Source of the DNA: Histomonas meleagridis 2922-C6/04-290x | Lineage: Eukaryota; Protista; Parabasalia | Length of the DNA stretch: 64,000 bases | Direction: 5' to 3' | NCBI GenBank assembly: GCA_020184695.1 | Contig: JAANOX010000011.1 | Coordinates: 248,001-312,000 of the forward strand | Shown here: piece by piece, positions 45,683 through 58,728 of the stretch | Layout: the number at the start of each line of letters is the position of its first letter | How positions within the stretch are numbered: the stretch's first letter is position 1 | Program-made: the position numbers and the translations under genes | Notes under the pieces: model-generated | What the model was told of the DNA's origin: nothing | The model's input: only the letters and a program-made list of their open reading frames with translations | Database searches by the model: none

Positions 45683-47929
45683 TTAAAATATATGAAGGCA
45701 TTGGATCAAATAATCAGGGTCTGTTTCTATCTTAAATGATTCTAATAATTTTAACGATTCGGCTACAATCATTACAGGGTCTCTATAATAAATTAACGCA
45801 TCTTTACTATGAGTCTTATATTCCATTGCAGCTTTCGCTAAGATTAAAATCCACATCGGAATTGAACCAGTTTTCATTCCCATTAATAAACATTGAGGTA
45901 CTAATAATTGGACAATTTTATTTTTTTGTTTATTCACTTTCTCAACAATATATTTAAACACATTAAACTCAGGAATATTTAGTTTTAGCTTTGTGGCTAA
46001 TATAAAGAAATTCCAACAATCTAAAGACACATTATTAGTCGTTTGATTAAAACCATTTTTAAAGAAACATGTTAAATCATATAACAAATGGAATATCAAA
46101 TCATTTAACTCATTATTTATTTTGTTGTATCTAAATATCCTTAAAATGTTCATGATGTCATCCTTAATGGCTAAGTCTATTCTTTCAGCAAAGATATCAT
46201 ATATTAGCTCACAATTATTCGGATTAAAATTACCAAAAAATGTAATGTCATTTAACTTAGGTAAGAGAAAACTTAAACTCGTGAAAAAATTTACAATGTA
46301 TACAGAAGATGATTTCGAATAGACATTTCGTCGCCATTCTGGTGACTTTAAAAATAACTCAAAAAAGCGCGTGATTCTATGCGATATTATAAGTCGTGAA
46401 ACAAACGTAAAAATCGATTCTGACAAATTTGATTTGCCAACTGGTATACATGACGTTAACTTGGAATCATTATTACAAAGTTTTGTAAGCTGTTGAATGA
46501 TTTGGATTTGATCTGTAGCGATAATTAATGAAGATGAAATTAATGAACAAATTGTATTAAATTCTTTGCTATCACAATGAACTATTGACGGCAAATTATT
46601 AATTGTTTTCGTTAATTCATCTAAAATTCGTTCATTAGATAATATTTTTCGATCTGTATTGAGATTTAATCCAAGGACTTTTTCTTGTTTAGAATAGATA
46701 TTACTTGGATTTGGTGGCATAAAATATTCATTTAATAACATTTGACCAGAAGTATTGAAATAATCTTTATCAGTATTTTCAGCAAAATTAAAAATCGTTT
46801 TATCATCTTCAAGTTTTAACTCAAAGCTTCCAGCTTTAGATTCATTACGTAGTTTCTCTATTTCAAGTTCGAAGTTTGTATCATTTTGTTCAAACTTATT
46901 ATTTGATACAATTGATTTAGTATGTTGTAAATGTTGGTAAAATTGTCGATGATGAGGATGTGCAGAAGGTATTAATATTGTTCTCTTTTTAATTTGGTGA
47001 TCATTAAAATTAAGGATAAATAAGTTGTCAGACGCTGTGCTCGGCACTTTACACGCCGATGAATCGAATTCAATTTTGTCGGTTATTTCAATGGTTATAT
47101 TTGACGTTAACGTGCTCGGCTCATTGAAGAAGGGAAGTGGCAAATTCCAAATCATTCGATGTGTTAAGATTGGAAAAGGGCTTGCAAAACAAGAAACGTT
47201 GTTAGGTTTTGTAATTGTCATACGTCGAATTTTTAAAAGTGGTGTAGCAGTTGCTAAATATGCACATAAAAATATATCAATCCCTTTGTTAAAAAAAACA
47301 TAATGTGGTTGAGATAAATTTTCATAAAGAGTTATTGTAAATACACGCTTATCTGGTGGAATAATATCAACTTCACAACTTGAGCTAATATGAAAATCAA
47401 AGCTATAAGGAATACGAATTTGGGTAACAGGTGATTCAAGAATAACACAATTGGATGTATTTCCAATAATGTAATAAATGTTTTGCATAGTGCTATTATG
47501 TGTATCAACTAAAAAACTTTCAAACTGTAGATCAGGAAGACTGGCTGGTAATGTGTAAATGGTAGATATTGCTTTTTTCATATTGGCCACCCATTCCTGA
47601 ATTAATTCTTTCTCTTTAGGCCAGAAATAGAATTTCTCAAAGAGAGTCGGATTTTTAGGAATTAATTCAATACAATTTGTATTAGGATGACTTCTGATAT
47701 AATAATCTGGTAAAAATATAAATGTGGTTTCTTCAGATGTCTGTTGTGTTGCAAAGAGAAATGGCCCAATAATTTGTACGTGACATTCACCTCCTTGCTT
47801 TTTTGTAAATAATATTTTGAGCTCGCCCGAATATCGAAAAGAAGCAAGAGCAGGAAAGTATCCCCCTAGAAAAGGAAATTTTATATCGTTGAAGTTTTGA
47901 AATATTTTTGCTGAAGTTGATGATTTCAT
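45683..47929 (-). CDS. Hypothetical protein with PH-like N-terminus and possible RUN-like C-terminus
   Basis: Long ORF with likely start MKSSTS. N-terminal beta-rich segment ending ELIQEWVANMKKAI. The C-terminal CFFKNGF..DCWNFF..CLLMGMK..WILIL..DALI pattern resembles RUN domains. Confidence 0.5.
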   Translation of the reverse strand: MKSSTSAKIFQNFNDIKFPFLGGYFPALASFRYSGELKILFTKKQGGECHVQIIGPFLFATQQTSEETTFIFLPDYYIRSHPNTNCIELIPKNPTLFEKFYFWPKEKELIQEWVANMKKAISTIYTLPASLPDLQFESFLVDTHNSTMQNIYYIIGNTSNCVILESPVTQIRIPYSFDFHISSSCEVDIIPPDKRVFTITLYENLSQPHYVFFNKGIDIFLCAYLATATPLLKIRRMTITKPNNVSCFASPFPILTHRMIWNLPLPFFNEPSTLTSNITIEITDKIEFDSSACKVPSTASDNLFILNFNDHQIKKRTILIPSAHPHHRQFYQHLQHTKSIVSNNKFEQNDTNFELEIEKLRNESKAGSFELKLEDDKTIFNFAENTDKDYFNTSGQMLLNEYFMPPNPSNIYSKQEKVLGLNLNTDRKILSNERILDELTKTINNLPSIVHCDSKEFNTICSLISSSLIIATDQIQIIQQLTKLCNNDSKLTSCIPVGKSNLSESIFTFVSRLIISHRITRFFELFLKSPEWRRNVYSKSSSVYIVNFFTSLSFLLPKLNDITFFGNFNPNNCELIYDIFAERIDLAIKDDIMNILRIFRYNKINNELNDLIFHLLYDLTCFFKNGFNQTTNNVSLDCWNFFILATKLKLNIPEFNVFKYIVEKVNKQKNKIVQLLVPQCLLMGMKTGSIPMWILILAKAAMEYKTHSKDALIYYRDPVMIVAESLKLLESFKIETDPDYLIQCLHIF

Positions 47930-48091
47930 TTTCTTTGGGTTGAATGAAATGTTACATGAAATACAAAAAAACACAAATTAAAAAAAATTGTTCTATAAAA
48001 GATTAATATCAAAAGCAAAAGAAGCAACAACTCCTTAAGGATAAAAAAATGAAAAACATATAAAAAAAAATGATATGTAATTTAAATTAAT

Positions 48092-48346
48092 TTATGCACG
48101 ATAAACGTTTTGTAAAAGACCTTTCTCAGTGGCAATTCGGTTGAGAGCATTGTCAGCTTCTCCAAGGTTACGAAGATATCCTGAGAAAACAACTGTTTCG
48201 AATTCACCTGTTGGAAGACCTTCTTCATTGAGCTTAGCAATTCTGAATTGAACGGATGCATGATCGTGAGGTGGGATAAGGCGGTGTGTGGCGTCACACT
48301 TGCGAGGAATAAGCCTATCGACAACTTCACCTTTTTCGTTTTGCAT
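48092..48346 (-). CDS. RPS21: 40S ribosomal protein S21 (eS21)
   Basis: MQNEKGEVVDRLIPRKCDATHRLIPPHDHASVQFRIAKL...SGYLRNLGEADNALNRIA. Confidence 0.95.
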   Translation of the reverse strand: MQNEKGEVVDRLIPRKCDATHRLIPPHDHASVQFRIAKLNEEGLPTGEFETVVFSGYLRNLGEADNALNRIATEKGLLQNVYRA

Positions 48347-48668
48347 TACCAAAAAGGAAGGCCAAAACCGTCAAAACTTCCAGCAAGAAAAGTTGTCACT
48401 TTTCCTGATAAGCTTATCATTTTACGAATTATGAGGGAAAACATATATACCAATCAAACCAGAAAGCTTTTCCATAAAAATATTTGTGGTGGGTATACAA
48501 CGAAATATAATAAGTAAGTTCTACTGCGCAAAAAATCCGTAGACAAACGATAGACAAATTAAATGTTCAAAAAACTGTTTTCCACAGAAAAAAACTATCG
48601 TCACTCTGAAATTTCTATCGTTTATCCACGGAAAAAAAATTAAAAATATCATAATTTTTACACAAAAT

Positions 48669-50553
48669 TTAATCCGGATTTTGCTTGAAAAAATTAAGCA
48701 AATTATGTTCTATAACCCAAGAGTTGATGAATCTTTTTTCTTTTTCGTTTTGATATAATTCCATATACTTTTGATGAAATGCGTCAAATTTTGGCAAAAC
48801 CGCTGAAATAACGGTCTTAACCGCTTTGTCAACTTCTTCATCACTAAACTTTGGGTATTTTACAACTCCTGGATCAATATCAGCCAATGACAACAAGAAG
48901 TCGGAGATGACTGGTACTGATTCTTCTATTATCTCCTCAAGGGATTCCAAATGATTATTTTTCGATAAGTTAATTTCATTAAGACCCAGAAGCATTTGGA
49001 TTATCTGAACAAAATGAAGCAAATTTTCTTTAAGTGCTTCATCACACTCGGAAGAAATAAGCAATGGAACAATAAATCTTAGTCCATAAAGAGCTGCAAG
49101 GGAGTGAACAACAGAACCTTTAGTATTGAAGGAAGATATAACAGAAGATTTAAGATAATAAGCAATATGACAAAGTTGTGGTGGAATTGTTGATCTTGAA
49201 TACACCACACAACGAACAAACACATGAATCAGTTCTCGTACCTTCTGGGCATCGAACTTTTCTGGGTCTTTTATATGAAGTGGTGATTCATTACGAATAA
49301 GCTCAAGTAATGGCTTAACAAAAACATCTGAATAACCTCCGTAAAACCTTTCTTGAAAGACCTTCAGAAGTTGTGATAGATATGAGTTACAACGGAGGAT
49401 CTCATTCTCATTAGAAAGAAATTTCATTTCTGAGTAACATAAGTAATGCAATAAACGGTCAACGCATTTTTGTGATGCAAAAATAACAAAAAGTGCATCC
49501 AATACCTGTAGTGAATTTTGAATGCTTAAGATTTTCACATCAAGAATTGAACGAACGATAAAAAGCTCATGTGAAGTGATTTCAAGTGAAAGCTCTGAAT
49601 AAAAAATGGGATGATAACACTCAGTTCCCATGAGTTGTATTGAACGTATTAAGCCATCATTCATTGTGAAACATGAGCTCCATAGTTTTGCTATTGAATT
49701 ATTTTGAACAGAAAAATCGACACTGATGTTTGGATCAAGAAGAGATGATATAGTAACTTGTTTACCTGAATTACCGCCAGAAGTACAAGCTGCGTATTCA
49801 ATCACAAAAACATTTGAGTTTAATCGATGTGAATATAATATGAATTGTCCATGAACAGTAAGAAGAGCACATAGATATGCTTTCTTGAATCCAAGAAACC
49901 CTTTTTTGACGACAGGGCAGCATAGTTTAATGAACTTATTTTCAATTTGAGTTACTGGTTTTGCTAAATAATATGAGATTACATCAAGAAAACGAAATGG
50001 AGTTGGCGACGAATCACAAATCTTGAGGAGGTTAAGAAGGAGTTGTAGTTTATCATCCGAAAGGGATTTTATATTGTCATCATTAATTGAAAAAGTAAAT
50101 GAGCAAAGATGTCTAATATTTTTTGTATTAAAAATATTTTCCATATCATAAAAAGATTGATTATCGTAAAGTTTTTTCCATAATAATGATCTGTTTGTTT
50201 TGTTCAAAATGTTAATGTTCGGTTCCAATAATAAAATTGATTTAATCTGTTCAGCCACCAAACTTTCCTCAGGCTTTACGATAGATTCAATATTATCTAT
50301 CAAAGTTCCAGGGTGCAAATATTGGTGTGTGAGTAATTCTTTAAATTGTTGATAACCACATTTCCTACCAGAGAACACGATCTTAACCAATGGTCCTGAT
50401 ATTTGCTGTTCTCCAATCATCCAAAATGGTGCTACAAGTACCTCTTCAAGACAATTATGACCGTTACCGGGCGGTTTGATAATTGTGGGTTTTCTCAACG
50501 TCTCATCCAAAGTAAACCAGTCAAATCGTGTTTACCACCAAATTTTCTGACAT
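48669..50553 (-). CDS. RasGAP-domain protein with upstream PH-like domain
   Basis: Arginine-finger-like ILRCNS, YGLRFIVPLL (FLRFxxPAI motif) and IPPQLCHIAYYL. The probable ATG is at 50551-50553, joined to the TTG-opened ORF by removing one T in a homopolymer. Confidence 0.8.
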
Positions 50554-50682
50554 TCATAAAAATATTTGTACACACAATTCAATATTCAATGAACGAATAT
50601 ATTTTTTCAATGGGTAAAATCGGTTTTAATATTCAAATTTCTATCGTGCGGCCATTTGTTTTGAAAGACAAAACTTTATTAC

Positions 50683-53388
50683 TCAAGAGCTTTCACTTAT
50701 TGTGTCTTCTGATTGTTCTGATGATGTTGTTGATTCATTACTTTCTTCTGTTGACTCTGACTCTATTTTCTTTGCAACTTTTGGCTTTTTGGCTTTCTTC
50801 GGTTTTTTAGCTTTTTTGGCTTTCTTCGGTTTTGTGTCCTTTTGCTTTTTCTTTTCGACTTTATTTTGCTTTTCTTCTTCTTCTTCATTTTCGTTTTCTT
50901 CATTATCATCTTCAGAAGAAACTTTGGTCACTTCTTGAGCCTTTGGCTTGTCGGATTTAATGTTCATCTTCATGTCTTCGTTTTCTGACATGTGAACGAT
51001 TTCCATGAAAACTCTTTCGAGTGAAGAAGATGAACATGTGTAATAACTATATCCGCATTTCCTATCAGCGCCTTCTTGCATCACTTTAAAGAGCTTTGGC
51101 AAAGTAATATCAGATGCTGAAATTGAATAAATTCTTGCGGAAGGTCTTTCGATAGATAATTCCGCCGTTGGTAATTTCTCCTTAAAGAACTTGTCTACTT
51201 TTTCGTTACTATCTTCATCTTTATCCAACATTATATCGATTTTATATTCGGTACCGAATTTATGTGTTAAATATTCTGGTGAACCAACAGTATATACACA
51301 ACCTTTTATCATGATTGATATATTATCACATAAAGTTTCAGCTTCACTTAATAAATGTGTACATAACATAAACGTTTTGTTGTTCTTATTCTCTAATATC
51401 ATTTCATGTACATGATGTCGAGCAACTGGATCTAAAGAAGCTGTTGGCTCATCTAATAATATAATATTTGCTGGCCCTAAGAATGATAAAGCTATTGCTA
51501 ATTTACGTACATCACCACCAGATAATTCACGTATTGGTTTATCTTTTAATTCTTCTAATTCTAATACTGTTAATAATTTCTCTGTTTGTTGTAACGTTTC
51601 TTTTTGATCTAATTGGAAGATATATGAATATAATATGAAATGTTCATTAGGTGTTAATTCATCACATAAATGTGTATTAAATTGTGGACAAATACTTAAT
51701 ACTGTATGTTCTTTTAAGTCTTCGATTTTTGTCCCAAAGATTTCAATAGTACCATCTGATGGTGGTAATATTCCTGTGATCATTTTAATTAATGTTGTTT
51801 TACCTGCGCCATTAGCACCTAAGAATCCAAATAATGAACCTTCTTTAACACCTAATGATACACAATTGACTGCTGGAATTGGTTTACCTGCAGTATTTAA
51901 GAATAATCGTGACACGTTCTCAATACGGATAGCATAATCTCTATTGTTATGTACTTCTTCTTCCATTTCTTTAGCTTCATCTGTAACTGGATGTTTTGCT
52001 TTTTCTTCAGCAAATATTTGTGAATATCCTCCGAAACTTCGTTTTGCTTTTCTTCGTGACATTGAATCTCTAAATGTTTCGATTAATATTAATATGATTC
52101 CATAGATAATAATATCGATGAAATTCATGACTAAATATGGTTGAGTATGTTCATACTTAAAGAAATAACTTAATGGCTGTTTCATCTCGCCCATAAATGC
52201 TAAGATATATGATAAGTTTTGTTGGAATCCAATATGTGGAAAGAGTGCATAAATCCAATCTAACCATGGAGGATTAACTGCAGATCGAATTAGTTGAACA
52301 ACCATAGGGATGATCAAGATAATAATTAATATCAAAAACGCTTGTCGCGCTGCTGATTCAGGCGATCCGAAACAAAATGATAAACAATAATTAAATAAGA
52401 TAAATGATGGGCCTAATATCGCCATCGTATACCAATAACTAAACATGTTATCTAAACATGATTGGATTTGGAATGCACAAAAAATGGCCCATACAAATGT
52501 AATGACTATTAACCAGATGCTAAAGTCAATGACAAAACATGAGGCCCAATATGGCGCAATACGTAATGTACATGAAACCATATATTCACGAACTTCACCA
52601 GTGATGTCAGTAATGGGCTGTGTAATGAATAATGGTACAATGGAAATAAGTCCACATGCAATAAGCATTGGACCAAGTTGACTAAAGATCATATCTCCAA
52701 GTTTTTGAAGTAAACGAATGGTGGTAAATGTAATGTCGGCATTAGCACCTGGAAAGCTCTTGCGCCAAAAGGCACGGAAAAGATTATGATAACTATATAA
52801 TAATTCAGTGGATGTGGATGTTGAATTATATATGATGGTATAGTTGGGAACACGATTGGCTGACGTTACTGGAGTAAATTCAAACCCTGCAGTGGCATGA
52901 ACAAGTGTACGAGTTGTAAAATTGTCAATTAATTGTTGATGAAGAACAGTTGCGTTCGTATAATATAAAACATTTGGATCTGAGCTTTTGTCATTCTTAT
53001 AATTTTCGATAATTGCTGTTGCTGTTGCATTAAATTCTTCATCACTAAAACCATCTTCTTTAACAAGAAATATAGTGTTTTTTTCTTCGTTGTAACGTTG
53101 GAAATTGTATGGTCTTCTCTTTTGAACCATGAATTCTCTCATTAAAATTTGGATAATAATTGCAAGGAAACAAAAGATTAATGTTCCAACCATTGAAATA
53201 ATGACGGAACGAAGAGACCTCTTTATTAAAATAAGGCGGCGATAAAGAACGCCCTTAAATTGGCTAATTGAAAAGAAGCTGGTCGTTGTATTTTGTGAAA
53301 AAACTCAACTGACTGCGACCGAAGTAATTGAATATTGGGAAAAAGCTTTTTCATAACTTAACCTCCTTTCGAAAGTGACTAATGACAT
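50683..53388 (-). CDS. ABCA-family half transporter (TMD-NBD) with an in-frame TGA at codon 28
   Basis: Walker A GANGAGKTT, signature LSGGDVRKL, Walker B ILLDEPT, H-loop THLLSEAE and multiple TM helices. The ABCA-type first-helix motif QFKGVLYRRLILIKRS lies upstream of the annotated ATG at 53193. Confidence 0.9.
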
Positions 53389-54015
53389 TTTGAATGCCAA
53401 GCCAGACTTCGATGCAATGTTTTTAACAAGAACGCTTTATGAAAATAACCGTATATAAACTGGATCCTTTCACAAAATTAAATGAAAAATTGTGTTTGTT
53501 GTAAAAATAAAGAAATCAAAACATCAAAAAGTGGCGGGTAAACTGTTCTTGACAAAATATTTGCTCTGTCGTTTTGAAACCATCATTTTTGAATGATTTT
53601 TGTTGGAATGCTACATGAAAAAATATTCATCGAGAAGAATGGAAATTTTCGTAAATTTTTCCTTGAGAAAAGATTCTTCAAGTCTGATAAGTCTGAATAT
53701 TTTGTGTTTAAATCATACTTTTTAAACAATGAATTATATATTGTGATCACAATTTTAATCCCTAGTTTGGTATTTTTAGTTATGTGTGCTATGTTTTTAA
53801 CATAGTGAATCCAAAAATTATTCCAAATTTGATTTTAATTAAAATTATTAAGTCAATAGAAAATGTCTTTAATACATTATGACTGTAAATTGAAGTTCAA
53901 ATTAAGGAATCAACATATAGATTTATACTTAAATTAATTTTCATATTTATGGTTTTTCTTTTTTTAGATATTTTATCCCAAATTTAGGTATTCAATACTT
54001 TACGATAAAAAATTT

Positions 54016-57000
54016 ATGGGAGAATCTGGGAAAAAAATGAATGAAACGCGTTTCGACATGTTATTACTAGATGAAACAAGAATTACTAAAAGAAATTTTC
54101 TGGAGATATTTAATATTTGGGTTTTTAAAATTGATTCATTGATGTCAGATTTAAAAGGAATTTCAGAAACTCCTATTGATTTTATAGACAAAATATGTGT
54201 TATATCCCATGAGGCATTGTTTCTTACAAAAAAATCCATTGAATATGATTATAATTCTTTTGACGCAATTAATGCCTTACGTAGATTTATGAAAGTATCA
54301 GTTAAAAAAGATGATACAAATACATATATACCACAAATAGAATTTAGAAATATTGATTCATATATTCTTTTTGCTAAAATATTACAAAAACGTTTTAGTT
54401 TTAAGTTAATTTCAATACAAGAAATCATTTCATATTCATTATATATTGCAGCACTTGATTTAAATTTCGATGAGGATTATTTCTTATTAAATAACTTAAT
54501 TCATGAATGTGGGATAACAAGTTCTCTTTCTAAAAAAGAAAACAAAATTATTAACTTTAAATCTTCTGATGAACTTCAAGAAATATTACAAAACGTTGAT
54601 TTCCCAACAAATTATTTTCAATTTTTTGTTGTTTATGTTATATATACAGCTTTATTTCCTAAACATACAAATGTAAATAATGATTTATATACAAAATTAA
54701 TGTTTGATAATACAGTTGATTTAAAAATCAAAGATTATATTAAAATATTATTCTTTATTAAAAGTAAACCAATTCCATTTATTATAGATCAAATTCCAGA
54801 TAATAAAATTGATTTCTTTTGTTGTTTATGTTTTAATAATTCTGTTGAATTGATTTCAGAACAAAAATTTTTAAATAGTATTTCATATGATCGAAACCCT
54901 TGGATTTATTTATATTATTCATGTTTTATTAATTTAAATCATAGATTTATTCATTTATTTATAAATAATTTATTAGAAAATGAATTAACAGATGATTGGG
55001 AAAAAATGCTAATATTTTTAAAGGAAAACACAAATATTGTTATAACTAAAAAAGAATTATTGCTAAATTCATTAAAAGGAGAGGTTGAATCTTCTATAGC
55101 ACTGTTACAATTTAATGATATATTTAATGATCTTCAACCAGAAAAACATTTATATCATAAAATTCTTTGGATTTATTTTGATCCAAATTTACCACAATTC
55201 CCGAATAATATTGACGATCTTTTAATTACTTCTGTTATTCTTTATAAGATTTCGACTCTTCAATTTATTCCACAAGAAACAGAATTAAATAATTTATTAT
55301 GTTTATTATATGATAAATTCGAAAATGTTATTCGAAAAATTGTAAATAATGACACAATTTTTCGTTGTATAAGTTGTGGTTATGCACCAAATTCGTTCCA
55401 AAAATATGAAAATTTAAGTTTTGCTTTAAATATTGAAGATTTTTTTAAAATTGAAAAGAATACAGAATTGGATTATATTAATAGTATATTATATTTTTTA
55501 TTGTTAATGTATAAAAGAAATAATTTCATTCCTGACAAAAAATATATTTGTTTATTTGCACTAAATTTCTTTATTCATAAAATTTCAAAAAAAATAATAA
55601 AATCATTTGAATCTGATGAATTAAAAGAATCGATTATTAATGATTTAAAGCATAATTTAAAAGAAATTATAAAAAATGAAAACGAAATGCGAAAATGTTG
55701 TTTTTTGAAACTATTAAATTTATATAATGAATATAATGATATTTCAGCAAAATGTGTGTGTTATTTACTAAAGAAAAAGGATTATTTTGTAGTTGAATTC
55801 TTAAAAAATGTTGATTATGTTTATTCATATATATTTCAAGAGTTTTTATTTGAAAAACAAATTAAATTATTTGATTTATTAATAGAAATGAAATTATTTG
55901 ATCAATTTATATATTGTATTCAATACATTTCAAAATTTGATAAATTTTATATTTATTTTTCAAATGTTATAATAAATTTTTTATTTTCTAATCCTAAATT
56001 TTCATGTTCAATTTTTATGAACATAACAGAAAAAGAGAAAATTATTTCTTATTTATTACCAAAAGTTATTGATTCTGATTTTGTTTATTCAACAGATATA
56101 CAAGAATTTTTACTTAAATTTACTGAATATATTCCGTTAATTAAAAACAAACAATTAAAGAAATTTGTTCCACATCATTTAAGTTTAGATTGGGAAGAAT
56201 TTCCATCTAATAATAAAGAAAAAGAAGTTATTGATTTATGGTCATTTCCAAAAGAATCCGATTATAAATGCACAAATAAAACATCAAATGGTGAACAACC
56301 ATTATTTTATTGTTATACATGTGGAATTATTAAACAATTTTATTGTTGTTTATCATGCGCTTTAACATGTCATAAAGGTCATGATTTAGTGTTTGTTAAA
56401 TATTCTTCGAATAAATGTGATTGTTATTCAATACCAAATATGTGTTTACATAATCCTCAACAAGAATCATTATATTCAAATGAAACTATAAGAATTAGAA
56501 ATGCAGAAGGTTTTCTTCGAAATTATTTTTCTTTTCAAAATAATATGAATCAAGTAAGAGATAATCGACTAAATTCTCTTTCGACAATAATTCGATCAGA
56601 ACAAAATCAGATTCGAGTTGTTGGTCCTTTTCAAGAAGATAATAACACAAAACAAAATTCTAATAATAATTATTTAAAACTTTATTATAAAATACTTCAA
56701 CCATTTAAAGATGAGAAACAAATAAAAAAAGAAAAAATTTGTTTTGAAAAGTTTATTAATGCTTCGATTGTACAAGTACCAAGAAATTTAATAATTTCTT
56801 CAATTTGTGATTCACTTGTGTTTTTACATTCTTCTGATTTATTTTTCGGTTCTTTAGATTCAGTAAACCTTCGTAAAATTAGTAATAAATCATCATATGC
56901 ACCAGTAATTTTAACAACTGTTTGTGGAACATTAAATAATATTTTGTTAATTTCAAATTCCAATTCAATTGTTTCATATTCACTTCCGACTTTTACTAAA

Positions 57001-58728
57001 CTCTCATCAATCGAAATTCAATCACCAATCATTCAGTTAATTTTACACACTGAAAACCCAAATTTAATATTCGGCTCATCGATTACGAATGTTACAATAT
57101 TTCATGTAACAGATAATGGAATAATTACAATAAAACAACAAAATTTTGTTAATATTTTACCAGATGATTATATTATATCTATTTATACTATACCTTTAAA
57201 TCCGAATATAATTGGAATTTTAACACAAAACAATTTTCAATTTTTCGATATTAATAATATTAAAAATCCTATTTTAAATATTACTATTAATGATTCACAA
57301 ATTAATTTTTATTCAAGTGAAATAGTTCAACAAAATAAAAATGTTTTTATCATAATAACATTTACTAATGGAAAATATAATATAATAAATTATTCATTAA
57401 ACAAAGAAAACACAATTTTAATCAATGAATTTAAAGAATTTCCATGGAAATCATTTTATCCATTTTTAAATTATTCACAAGAAACAAATTTTTTATTTAT
57501 TACTGAAAGTAGTTCCGATATTATTTTAATTGAATGTGATAAATTTATTGAAAACAAATTTAATCCAATTTATATTAAAACATTTAATTTTCCAAGTGAT
57601 TTATGTTTATGTTCTACACATCCAATGAATCCATTTTTATTCATATTTATTCATCCAATATCAGGTGGAATTATAACTATCGAATTTAATGAAAATAAAA
57701 TAAAATTCTCAGCAAATGATTCATTATTCGAAACAAGTCGTTTCCCAATTCTTCCGATGGATAAAACACCGATTTCATTATTTAAATATCAAAATAATTT
57801 ATATGTTTTAACAACAGATGGAAGAATATCGGAAATCAAACTTAAAAAATCATTAAAAGAAAATGTTATTACACAATTAAAAGTTCCGCCAACATTTTGG
57901 GTATATTCAAATATAACAATGGAAAATGTTAACGTGAATATCAATGGTTTAAATGGAAGTTTTAACTCAGTATTAACAAGAAAACCAATTATTATACCTC
58001 AAAGATCAAAAACAAAAATTATCGAAATATATTCAACAGCAAATGATTCAGTAATTGTTGGATTTAGAATCTTAATAAGTCCTCAAAACGTATTTAATGG
58101 GCCACAACAATTACAAATATTTAATAGAATTATAGAAGTAAATTGTTCACGATATGTTTCGATTCCTTTAGATTTAAATGAAATTGGAATCGGTAAACGT
58201 TATCAAATTAAATTTAATTTCCAGACAATGAATGATATAATCATTGATGAAATTAATGTTTTTACTATTCCAATCTCGAAATTACCTTCATTAGATAATG
58301 AGTTTGATTGGTTTTATAATGGCGAATCTTTGTTCGATTTCATTGAACCAAATATAGAACCAAAAAATGAATTACAAAAAATCGCTTTTAGAATTGCTAA
58401 TGCTTTTGTCGATTCTGAAAATATTATTATAAATGAAAATGAATTGATAAAAATTTGTGAATCACTTTATACAAATGAAATATTTTGTAATTGTTCGAGA
58501 ATTATATTAAATAGAATGTCAACTAATAAGGAAATCGTTGTTAAATGTTGGGGGAAAGCAATTGAAAACGTTTTGAAGAATAAATTAATGAATCAAAATC
58601 TTTGGGAATACCTTCTAAGAGATTTTTATTTCCTTCCATATGATAAACAACAAGAATTGAAGGAATTGTTGTGGGATGCAAATCCGCCAAAAGATAATCC
58701 GTTCTGTTTGAGATTGGCTTTTATTTAA
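54016..58728 (+). CDS. Large protein with UBR-box zinc finger (UBR4/BIG-like N-recognin region)
   Basis: CT..TS...QPLFYCYTCG....CCLSCALTCHKGHDLVF......CDC, followed by a beta-rich propeller-like region and a jelly-roll-like C-terminal segment. Confidence 0.8.
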   Translation: MGESGKKMNETRFDMLLLDETRITKRNFLEIFNIWVFKIDSLMSDLKGISETPIDFIDKICVISHEALFLTKKSIEYDYNSFDAINALRRFMKVSVKKDDTNTYIPQIEFRNIDSYILFAKILQKRFSFKLISIQEIISYSLYIAALDLNFDEDYFLLNNLIHECGITSSLSKKENKIINFKSSDELQEILQNVDFPTNYFQFFVVYVIYTALFPKHTNVNNDLYTKLMFDNTVDLKIKDYIKILFFIKSKPIPFIIDQIPDNKIDFFCCLCFNNSVELISEQKFLNSISYDRNPWIYLYYSCFINLNHRFIHLFINNLLENELTDDWEKMLIFLKENTNIVITKKELLLNSLKGEVESSIALLQFNDIFNDLQPEKHLYHKILWIYFDPNLPQFPNNIDDLLITSVILYKISTLQFIPQETELNNLLCLLYDKFENVIRKIVNNDTIFRCISCGYAPNSFQKYENLSFALNIEDFFKIEKNTELDYINSILYFLLLMYKRNNFIPDKKYICLFALNFFIHKISKKIIKSFESDELKESIINDLKHNLKEIIKNENEMRKCCFLKLLNLYNEYNDISAKCVCYLLKKKDYFVVEFLKNVDYVYSYIFQEFLFEKQIKLFDLLIEMKLFDQFIYCIQYISKFDKFYIYFSNVIINFLFSNPKFSCSIFMNITEKEKIISYLLPKVIDSDFVYSTDIQEFLLKFTEYIPLIKNKQLKKFVPHHLSLDWEEFPSNNKEKEVIDLWSFPKESDYKCTNKTSNGEQPLFYCYTCGIIKQFYCCLSCALTCHKGHDLVFVKYSSNKCDCYSIPNMCLHNPQQESLYSNETIRIRNAEGFLRNYFSFQNNMNQVRDNRLNSLSTIIRSEQNQIRVVGPFQEDNNTKQNSNNNYLKLYYKILQPFKDEKQIKKEKICFEKFINASIVQVPRNLIISSICDSLVFLHSSDLFFGSLDSVNLRKISNKSSYAPVILTTVCGTLNNILLISNSNSIVSYSLPTFTKLSSIEIQSPIIQLILHTENPNLIFGSSITNVTIFHVTDNGIITIKQQNFVNILPDDYIISIYTIPLNPNIIGILTQNNFQFFDINNIKNPILNITINDSQINFYSSEIVQQNKNVFIIITFTNGKYNIINYSLNKENTILINEFKEFPWKSFYPFLNYSQETNFLFITESSSDIILIECDKFIENKFNPIYIKTFNFPSDLCLCSTHPMNPFLFIFIHPISGGIITIEFNENKIKFSANDSLFETSRFPILPMDKTPISLFKYQNNLYVLTTDGRISEIKLKKSLKENVITQLKVPPTFWVYSNITMENVNVNINGLNGSFNSVLTRKPIIIPQRSKTKIIEIYSTANDSVIVGFRILISPQNVFNGPQQLQIFNRIIEVNCSRYVSIPLDLNEIGIGKRYQIKFNFQTMNDIIIDEINVFTIPISKLPSLDNEFDWFYNGESLFDFIEPNIEPKNELQKIAFRIANAFVDSENIIINENELIKICESLYTNEIFCNCSRIILNRMSTNKEIVVKCWGKAIENVLKNKLMNQNLWEYLLRDFYFLPYDKQQELKELLWDANPPKDNPFCLRLAFI

